DNA of 16,496 bases from an uncultured archaeon (GTDB taxonomy: Archaea; Altiarchaeota; Altiarchaeia; IMC4; SCGC-AAA252-I15): the NCBI GenBank assembly GCA_964587725.1, contig CAZPLO010000016.1:1-16496 (forward strand). The letters are read 5' to 3'. Under the pieces are notes generated by a model. It saw only the letters and a list, made by a program, of their open reading frames with translations. It did not search any database and had not been told where the DNA came from. How positions within the stretch are numbered: position 1 is the first letter of the stretch; every line of letters starts with the position of its first letter. Positions 8,041-14,885 of the stretch are shown here, one piece after another. Made by a program: the position numbers and the translations under genes.

Positions 8041-8048
8041 TATATATA
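8041..8048. promoter_or_regulatory. Palindromic bidirectional TATA box (TATATATA) between the HerA-like and ROK genes
   Basis: 24 bp from ATG 8017 (minus) and 24 bp from ATG 8072 (plus). Confidence 0.65.
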
Positions 8049-8071
8049 ACATCCCTTCCGGGTTTTAAACA

Positions 8072-9736
8072 ATGCCCAAGGTGGTTAAGCAGCAGAGGGA
8101 GATGCCGCAGGACGAGGTCCTGCAGCGCAAAGTCGATGATATGATGCAGGGCATGCGCCCCGGCGTAGAGCCAGCTTCACCCGACAAGCGCGCGGACGTC
8201 CTGGCTAAAGTCAGCTCCCTGGCGGATTCCACGGGCTTCGACGTCAGGAAAGTGCGTTCAGTCGTTAAAGACATAGTCTCAGTGGAGCGGACATCCGAGA
8301 GAACCCGCTGGTGGAGGCGCTCAGCCCGGGAGAAATCAGCGGGTAAATCCGCGTTGCAGACCGAATACGAGGCGAGGGTTCTTGAGAATCCGGAAACGGT
8401 CCGGGATTTTATGGAGAAGTCCAGACAGACGGGCGTGCCTGTGAAGGAACTCTACAGACACCTCCGCAGTCAGGCCGTAGACACAGCACACGCTAGGGCG
8501 TTGGCTGCGGAGTCAGGCCCCATAGTCACCTTGGACGTTGGCGGCACCGGAATAAAATACGCGTTATACGACCAGCAGGAAAAGAATTTTTCAGGCGAGG
8601 GCACGGTTTTCACGCCGCAGGCTACCGGCGACAAGGTAACGGACAAGGAAACATTCATAAAAAGCATATGCGATACCATAGAGAAGGTGGCGGAGGACTC
8701 GGGCAAATCATTGGATGAGCTGGGGGGCGTCGGAGTCCTGGTTCCGGCGTCGGTGGACATGAAAACAGGGAACATACCGTGGCTCCCATTCATCGGCATC
8801 AGGGACGTGAACCTGAAGGATGAGATATACGACCGCCTGGGTTTGAACGCTTCCGTCGGGCACGACACCACAGGCCAGACCCTCGGAGCAGCCAAGGAAT
8901 TGGAGGAAGCTGGCGAACTGAAGGGGACAGTGTTGGGTGTGGCAGCGGGCACGGCAGTTGGCATGGGGGTGGTGATGAAATCAGATGAAGGCTATCGTCT
9001 GATGCCTTCCCCGGACCTGGGATTCAAGACGGAGTTATTCCGAGGCCCTGGGGTGGGCAGAAGCCTAGGGGTTCACATAGAGACGCCGGACCATAACCTG
9101 GGGTGGAAGGTGGCTGGAAGAGGCATAGTGAACACGGTTGCTGCGAGGCTCAATGAGGTGTCTGAAACGTCCCTCCTCAAAGAGCACACCCTTCAGGAAC
9201 TGTCCGAACTCGGCAGGGAGTCACCCGACCAACTATACGCCGTCATAAGGGCTGCCAGCGAGAAAGGGGATGCCCTCCCCAGACGGATTATGTTGGAGAG
9301 CCTGGACACCGACGCCGGCATGCAGCTGGCCGGCAACGAGCAGAGGGACTATGTCAACCAACGGACGCTCTCATTCATAAAAGGCGTCCAGGATAGTGGT
9401 CTCTCCAGAATGAACATGGACGAGGTCACACCCCTTAAAGTCGATGAACTGGCCCGTGGAGGAGATGTATTTTCGAAGGAGGTTCTTGAAGAAGCGGGTT
9501 ATTTCATGGGTGCGGGCCTCAGCACCATGACCCCCGTAATAAACCCCGACAAGGTGGTTTTGATGGGCGGGATCTCGAACTCGGACGTGTGGAGGGAGAA
9601 GGTGGAGTCCACAGTCCGCGAGAACACCGGGTTCGAGGGGGAAATACTGGCCAAAGGTCAGGAGACCATGTTCAAGGGCGCCGCGGCGTTGGTGGAACTG
9701 GATTTGAAGCACCGGTCCGGCAGCATAGTCGCGTGA
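8072..9736 (+). CDS. Atypical ROK family protein (sugar kinase or regulator) with ~150-aa N-terminal extension and internal helical insertion
   Basis: LDVGGTGIK phosphate loop; GVGVLVPASVD; LKDEIYDRLGLNASVGHD (aligned to the ND motif); AGTAVGMG; GAGLSTMTPVINPDKVVLMGGIS; terminal GAAAL. Confidence 0.88.
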   Translation: MPKVVKQQREMPQDEVLQRKVDDMMQGMRPGVEPASPDKRADVLAKVSSLADSTGFDVRKVRSVVKDIVSVERTSERTRWWRRSAREKSAGKSALQTEYEARVLENPETVRDFMEKSRQTGVPVKELYRHLRSQAVDTAHARALAAESGPIVTLDVGGTGIKYALYDQQEKNFSGEGTVFTPQATGDKVTDKETFIKSICDTIEKVAEDSGKSLDELGGVGVLVPASVDMKTGNIPWLPFIGIRDVNLKDEIYDRLGLNASVGHDTTGQTLGAAKELEEAGELKGTVLGVAAGTAVGMGVVMKSDEGYRLMPSPDLGFKTELFRGPGVGRSLGVHIETPDHNLGWKVAGRGIVNTVAARLNEVSETSLLKEHTLQELSELGRESPDQLYAVIRAASEKGDALPRRIMLESLDTDAGMQLAGNEQRDYVNQRTLSFIKGVQDSGLSRMNMDEVTPLKVDELARGGDVFSKEVLEEAGYFMGAGLSTMTPVINPDKVVLMGGISNSDVWREKVESTVRENTGFEGEILAKGQETMFKGAAALVELDLKHRSGSIVA

Positions 9737-9737
9737 A

Positions 9738-10793
9738 CTAATCCTTTACCATGTAGATTGTCCTGGTTGGGAATGCGAATTCTATGCCGTTCGCCTCCAG
9801 TTCTTCTTTGATGGCGAGGTTTATGTTCTGCTGGGTGTCCATGTATTTGTTGTATTCGGAGCTGTTGAGGTAGTATACGGATTCGAAGACGAGGCTGCTG
9901 TCCCCGAATTTTTTGAAGTGGGCGCGGTCGAACCGGGTTAATTCCTGGGCCTCGATGATTTCCTTAACCTTCCCAGGTATCCACCGGAGTTTGTCTGCTG
10001 GTGTGTCGTATGTTACGCCGAAGGTGAAATCTATGCGGCGGTGGGGCATTTTACCGAAGTTGTGTATCCTAGTCGACGTCATCTCCTTGTTGGATACGAC
10101 AAGTTCTTCGCCGCGGAGTGTGTCTATGCGGCTGGTTTTGATGCCTATCTTCTTCACCATCCCCAGGTCGTCTCCGATGATGATGAAGTCACCTATCTGG
10201 TATGGTTTGTCGAAGTGTATGCTGAAGGACGCGAATATGTCGTCGAGTATGTTCTGAGCAGCCAACGCGATGGCGAGGCCGCCTATGCCGGCGCCCGCAA
10301 TCAAGGCGGTGACGTTGATGCCCACGTTCTGCAGTATCAGCAGCACCCCCACAACCCACATGGAAACCTTCACTATCTGGGCTAGGAGTTTGATGAACGA
10401 CGGGTCCTCCTTCGGGTCCGTCTTAACCCTCCGCTCTATCAGCTTGTCCCTGAAGTAGTCTATCAGTATCTGGCTGGACAATATGACATAGTATACCGAA
10501 ACTATCATGACCGCATACCCGAGGGCGTCGTTCAGGAACGCGGGGACGGCCATGAACTGAAGCCCCATGAACAGCGACGCCAGCACGTAAAACGACCACG
10601 GAATCCCCTTCAGGAGTCGGATGAGGAGGTCGTCGAAGTCGGTCTTGGTCTTCTCGGAAATTTTTCCCAGGCGGGTGAGGAGGATGTTTCTGAACACCCT
10701 CAACGCCATAATGGATGCGAGAAACGCGATGGCGGCGCTCATAATCCCTGAACCCAGCGTGTACTCGCCTATCTGAACCTCCAGCCCTGTCAT
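9738..10793 (-). CDS. mscS: Small-conductance mechanosensitive channel (MscS family)
   Basis: Extra N-terminal TMs; TM3 ALIAGAGIGGLAIALAAQNILDDIFAS; DKPYQIGDFI; IGIKTSRI; GVTYDT; IEFAFPTRTI. Confidence 0.95.
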   Translation of the reverse strand: MTGLEVQIGEYTLGSGIMSAAIAFLASIMALRVFRNILLTRLGKISEKTKTDFDDLLIRLLKGIPWSFYVLASLFMGLQFMAVPAFLNDALGYAVMIVSVYYVILSSQILIDYFRDKLIERRVKTDPKEDPSFIKLLAQIVKVSMWVVGVLLILQNVGINVTALIAGAGIGGLAIALAAQNILDDIFASFSIHFDKPYQIGDFIIIGDDLGMVKKIGIKTSRIDTLRGEELVVSNKEMTSTRIHNFGKMPHRRIDFTFGVTYDTPADKLRWIPGKVKEIIEAQELTRFDRAHFKKFGDSSLVFESVYYLNSSEYNKYMDTQQNINLAIKEELEANGIEFAFPTRTIYMVKD

Positions 10794-10819
10794 TTTAGGT
10801 GAAGGTGTATTATGAATCC

Positions 10820-10827
10820 TTTATAAA
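10820..10827. promoter_or_regulatory. Palindromic bidirectional TATA box (TTTATAAA) between mscS and otsA
   Basis: 27 bp from mscS ATG 10793 and 23 bp from otsA ATG 10850. Confidence 0.65.
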
Positions 10828-10849
10828 AAGCGAATCACAATACACGAAG

Positions 10850-12310
10850 ATGGATCAGGAAGGGTTGGTGGAGTTGGTGAAGTCGAAGGTAGGGGATGCA
10901 TTGTTTGTGGTGGCAAGCAACCGGGAGCCGTACGTCCACGTCCGCTCCGAGGAGGAGATAAAGTGCATTAGGCCGGCGAGCGGTATGGCGACTGCATTGG
11001 ATTCGGTGATGCAGGCGTGCGGGGGCATATGGGTTGCGCACGGCAGCGGCAACGCCGACAAGGAGGTGGTGGACGAAAACGACGGCGTCATGATTCCTGA
11101 AGGGGATCAGCGATACCGGCTCCGCCGTGTGTGGATGAGCCGGAAGGAGGAGGAAGGATACTACGACGTGGTGTCGAACGAGATGTTCTGGCCCCTCTGC
11201 CACACAGTCTACGTGAGGCCGCGGTTCGACGAGGGTGCGTGGCGCAGGTACAAGAAAATCAACCAGCGGTTCGCGGACGCCATACTGGATGAGATAGGCA
11301 GGAAGAAGGCGTTCGTGTGGTTCCAGGACTTCCACCTGTCGTTGGCGCCGAAGATGCTGAAGGACAGGCGGGACGACATATTCACCGCACACTTCTGGCA
11401 TATTCCGTGGCCGCAGAACGAGACCTTCCGCGCGTGCCCGTGGAAGAACAAGATACTGGAGGGCCTCCTGGCCAACGACTTGATAGGCTTCCACACCAGA
11501 TACCACTGCAACAACTTCCTCGAGACGGTGGACAGGAACATCGAGGCGAAAACAGACCGCGCCGAATACTCCGTCTCATACAACCGTGAGAAGACGTTTG
11601 TGATGCCGTTTCCCATAAGCGTCGACTACGATAAAATCAGCCGGATGTCGGACCAGGTTGCATCGGGAGAGGTGGAGTCTCTGAAGAAGAAATACGGCCT
11701 CCACAACAGAACAGTGATACTGGGCGTGGAACGCATAGACTACACCAAAGGCATCCCGGAGAAGCTGAAGGCGCTGGACTGGCTGCTCCAGAAAAACCCG
11801 GAGTACGTGGAGAAGCTGGTGTACGTGCAGATAGGCTCCCCCAGCAGGATGCGCTTGGACGAGTACCGCCGCGTCAACGAGGAAATCGAGGAGCTGGTGG
11901 AGGACATCAACTGGCGGCACGGCACCGACAAGTGGGCGCCCGTCCTCTATTTGAACCAGCACCATGACTTCGACGACATAGTCGGGTTCTACCGGATGGC
12001 TGACTGCTGCTTAGTCAGCAGCCTCCACGACGGCATGAACCTGGTGGCGAAAGAGTATCTGTCTGCGAAAAACAATGAAGATGGAACCCTCATCCTCAGC
12101 CGGTTCACTGGCGCCTCCGAGGAACTGAAGGATGCGTTGATGGTGAACCCCTACGACACCCGCCGGTTCGCCAGGACGCTGAAGAGGATGTTGCGGATGA
12201 AGGACAAGGAGAGGCGTCGGCGGATGACATCCCTCCGGGAGTCAGTCCGCGAAAACAACATCTACACGTGGGCTGGCGACATAATATCCCACATAAGCAG
12301 GCTCAGCTGA
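10850..12310 (+). CDS. otsA: Trehalose-6-phosphate synthase (GT20)
   Basis: VASNREP, SGMATAL, FWPLCH, WFQDFHL, HFWHIPWP, ERIDYTKGI, SLHDGMNLVAKEY, LILSRFTGA, VNPYD. ATG 10850 is preferred over GTG 10799, which would place the TATA box inside the CDS. Confidence 0.95.
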   Translation: MDQEGLVELVKSKVGDALFVVASNREPYVHVRSEEEIKCIRPASGMATALDSVMQACGGIWVAHGSGNADKEVVDENDGVMIPEGDQRYRLRRVWMSRKEEEGYYDVVSNEMFWPLCHTVYVRPRFDEGAWRRYKKINQRFADAILDEIGRKKAFVWFQDFHLSLAPKMLKDRRDDIFTAHFWHIPWPQNETFRACPWKNKILEGLLANDLIGFHTRYHCNNFLETVDRNIEAKTDRAEYSVSYNREKTFVMPFPISVDYDKISRMSDQVASGEVESLKKKYGLHNRTVILGVERIDYTKGIPEKLKALDWLLQKNPEYVEKLVYVQIGSPSRMRLDEYRRVNEEIEELVEDINWRHGTDKWAPVLYLNQHHDFDDIVGFYRMADCCLVSSLHDGMNLVAKEYLSAKNNEDGTLILSRFTGASEELKDALMVNPYDTRRFARTLKRMLRMKDKERRRRMTSLRESVRENNIYTWAGDIISHISRLS

Positions 12311-12312
12311 CC

Positions 12313-13086
12313 ATGGAAGACCTGTTCGACAGCTGGGATGATGTGGCCGGCGAGCTCTCAACGCCGCTTCTTCTTCTCCTCGACTACGACGGCACCCTCA
12401 CCCCCATAGTCGACCGGCCGGAAGACGCCCTGTTGTCGGACGACGCGAGGATACTTCTCAAGGAGTTGAGCGAGAAACAAGGGTTATATGTGGCGGTGGT
12501 CAGCGGCAGGCCCCTGCAGCAGGTTAAGGAACTTGTGGGTGTCGAAATATACTATGCAGGCAACCACGGCCTGGAAGCAGAAGGCCCGGGGTTCATGTTC
12601 AAACACCCGGACCTGGAGGGCGTGGAAGGGAAGGTGGATGCGGTATGCCGAACCCTTGAAGAGATTGATGTTGAAGGGGTTATCGTGGAGGACAAGAAGC
12701 TGTCCGCCGTCCTACACTACCGGTTGGCAGACGATGAAAAAGCGGTTAGGGGGGCGTTCGACAAAGTCGTTGAACCGTATCTTTCTCAGGGGTTCAGGGT
12801 GGCGGAGAACAAGAAGACGTTGGAGCTGGTGCCGGACGTGGAATGGGGGAAGGGCGACGTAGCGTTGAAATTGGCTGATGAGGTTGGGGCGGATTCGATA
12901 ATGTATTACGGCGACGACAACACCGACGAGCACGCGTTCAAGAAACTGTCACGGCATGTGACGGTTGCTGTTGGGCGGAGGGATTCCGCGGCCAAATACT
13001 ATGTGGAGGACGTTAAGGCCGTCATCTACTCCCTGGGGCAGGTCTTGTATCTGTCGTCGAACACGCCGTTCAACAGCTTAAGGTAG
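12313..13086 (+). CDS. otsB: Trehalose-6-phosphate phosphatase (HAD IIB)
   Basis: LLLLDYDGTLTPIVDRP (motif I), VSGR, YAGNHG, LHYR, WGKG, GDDNTDEHAF; ATG 2 bp after the otsA stop. Confidence 0.95.
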   Translation: MEDLFDSWDDVAGELSTPLLLLLDYDGTLTPIVDRPEDALLSDDARILLKELSEKQGLYVAVVSGRPLQQVKELVGVEIYYAGNHGLEAEGPGFMFKHPDLEGVEGKVDAVCRTLEEIDVEGVIVEDKKLSAVLHYRLADDEKAVRGAFDKVVEPYLSQGFRVAENKKTLELVPDVEWGKGDVALKLADEVGADSIMYYGDDNTDEHAFKKLSRHVTVAVGRRDSAAKYYVEDVKAVIYSLGQVLYLSSNTPFNSLR

Positions 13087-14258
13087 TCTTGGAGGTGCCT
13101 GGTCACGAGAAATCTTTCACGCACTTTTTCCCTGCCGTTGGCGCCCATTTCGGCCGCCAGTTTCTCGTCCTTTACGAGCTTCACCACCCTGTCCGCGAAC
13201 CCCTGGTAGTCTGTGGGGTCTGCGAGGTAGCCGTTCACTCCGTCGTCTATCTGCGCGGGTATGCCGCCGACGTTGCTGCCCACCACCGGCGTCCCCTTCC
13301 ACAGCGCCTCGCTGACGGTCAGTGCGAACCCTTCGCGGAGGCTCTTCTGCATCACCACCGCACTCTTCCTCTGCAACGCGTTCACGAGTATGTCGTTGGT
13401 GGCTGAAATCAACACGATGTCAGGGTCGTCTCCGTACTCCGTCAACATGTGGCGGTATATGCTCTCGCTTTCGGGGTCGTCTGTGGCCATGCTCCCTATC
13501 AGCACCAGCCTGCAGTCCACCCGCTCCTTAACCTTCTTGTATACTTCGATGGCGCCCTCCGGGTCCTTGTAGTAGTCGAACCTGGACACCTGGGTTATAA
13601 CGGGTTTGTCTAGGTCGACCCCGAATTTCCGGAGGTACTTGTCCATGGTCTTCTCCTCCAACCGCTCGTTCTTGTTGGACAGCGGGTCTATCGCCGGCTG
13701 AATAATCTCCTGGCACACTGGAATATCCTTTTTGTAGGCGTCCATGGAAACCACCATGACGTCGTATTTGAGTATGAAGGTCTTCAAATAGTTGAAGAGG
13801 TCTACGCCGCCGTTGAGGCTGGAGATGTCTATGTGGCACCGCCACACCCACGGCTGCTTTTTGTCGTAGAACTGTATCATCGGCAGCGGCTGGGGGTCGT
13901 GGACTATCACGCAGTCGTGGTCTATGTGGGTGAAGCTGGCGAAGTTTTCGTTGATTTCCTCGTATATGCGCTTCTTCTTCACGGTTAAGTTGATGTCGCC
14001 GCCCTGCAGGGCGTTGTGGAATTTCTTGGTGACGTTGAAGAAGTCGGGTGTGCCGTGGAGGAGCCTCCACCCCGTGTTCAATCCCGCGTCGTTCATCAGC
14101 AGCACTAGGGTGTTCAGTATCTCCGCGACGCCGCCCCCCTGGTATGTGGAGTTCACGTGCACGATGTGTTTGTCTTTCAGCGGATACGCGGCGTCGTATA
14201 TGTTTTCTATGACTTCGTCGCCGACTATCTCCCTGTACGCCTCCACCCGTATTCTCAT
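13026..14258 (-). CDS. treT: TreT-type GT4 glycosyltransferase (trehalose glycosyltransferring synthase family)
   Basis: VHVNSTYQGGGVAEIL, FFNVTKKFHNALQG, HDPQP, WRCHID, QVSRFD..KDP, EGFALTVSEALWKG are TreT-family signatures. Confidence 0.88.
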   Translation of the reverse strand: MRIRVEAYREIVGDEVIENIYDAAYPLKDKHIVHVNSTYQGGGVAEILNTLVLLMNDAGLNTGWRLLHGTPDFFNVTKKFHNALQGGDINLTVKKKRIYEEINENFASFTHIDHDCVIVHDPQPLPMIQFYDKKQPWVWRCHIDISSLNGGVDLFNYLKTFILKYDVMVVSMDAYKKDIPVCQEIIQPAIDPLSNKNERLEEKTMDKYLRKFGVDLDKPVITQVSRFDYYKDPEGAIEVYKKVKERVDCRLVLIGSMATDDPESESIYRHMLTEYGDDPDIVLISATNDILVNALQRKSAVVMQKSLREGFALTVSEALWKGTPVVGSNVGGIPAQIDDGVNGYLADPTDYQGFADRVVKLVKDEKLAAEMGANGREKVRERFLVTRHLQDYLKLLNGVFDDRYKTCPRE

Positions 14259-14291
14259 GTGAATAATTAAACCCCGCCAATAATAACTAAC
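14259..14291. promoter_or_regulatory. 33-bp divergent spacer with crossed TATA-like elements for treT and the DUF99 gene
   Basis: TAATTAAA at 14264-14271 (plus) and TTATTATT at 14286-14279 (minus), each about 21 bp from the start it faces. Confidence 0.4.
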
Positions 14292-14885
14292 GTGGCCACC
14301 AGGTTCTACAGGGTTAAGGAGGAGGTCCGGGTGCTGGGCGTCGACGACGGACCATTCGCACGAGGAGACGAGGACGTATTGGTAGTCGGCGCCGTCTTTA
14401 GGGGTGGGCAGTGGATGGACGGCGTCGTCTCAACCCGCGTTTCAGTCGACGGTTTGGACGCCACAGACAAGCTCATAGAGCTGGTGAAGGACACTAGGTT
14501 CAAGGACCTCCGCGTGGTGATGCTGGACGGCATAGCGTTAGGGGGATTCAACGTCGTGGACATAAACAGACTATATGCTGAAGGCGGCCTGCCTGCGATA
14601 GTCGTAACCCGGGACGAGCCGGACTTCAACGACATCAAGAACGCGTTGGAGAACCTCTCCGACTCCGGTGAGAGGTGGAAGTACATGATGGATGCGGGGG
14701 AGCCGCGGAGGGTGCCGACCCGCGAAGGCGAGTCCGTGCACATACAGCATGCGGGGCTGGAGCCCGGTGACGCTGACGCGATTGTGAAGTTGTGTTCCAC
14801 GAGGAGCGCGATTCCCGAGCCCATAAGGGTGGCGCACCTGATAGCGCAGGGCGTCGTATCCGGGCAGTCGAGGGGGAAGGCTTAG
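14292..14885 (+). CDS. DUF99/UPF0215 family protein (endonuclease V-like fold)
   Basis: RVLGVDDGPF, VDGLDAT, VMLDGIALGGFNVVDI, IPEPIRVAHLIA signatures; GTG start. Confidence 0.92.
   Translation: MATRFYRVKEEVRVLGVDDGPFARGDEDVLVVGAVFRGGQWMDGVVSTRVSVDGLDATDKLIELVKDTRFKDLRVVMLDGIALGGFNVVDINRLYAEGGLPAIVVTRDEPDFNDIKNALENLSDSGERWKYMMDAGEPRRVPTREGESVHIQHAGLEPGDADAIVKLCSTRSAIPEPIRVAHLIAQGVVSGQSRGKA

Noticed and set aside
10799-10849. Longer starts from the ORF track (otsA GTG 10799; also otsB 12268 and HerA-like TTG 8029)
   Set aside because: The extensions cross or crowd the TATA elements or overlap the upstream gene; the downstream ATGs fit promoter spacing and family N-termini.
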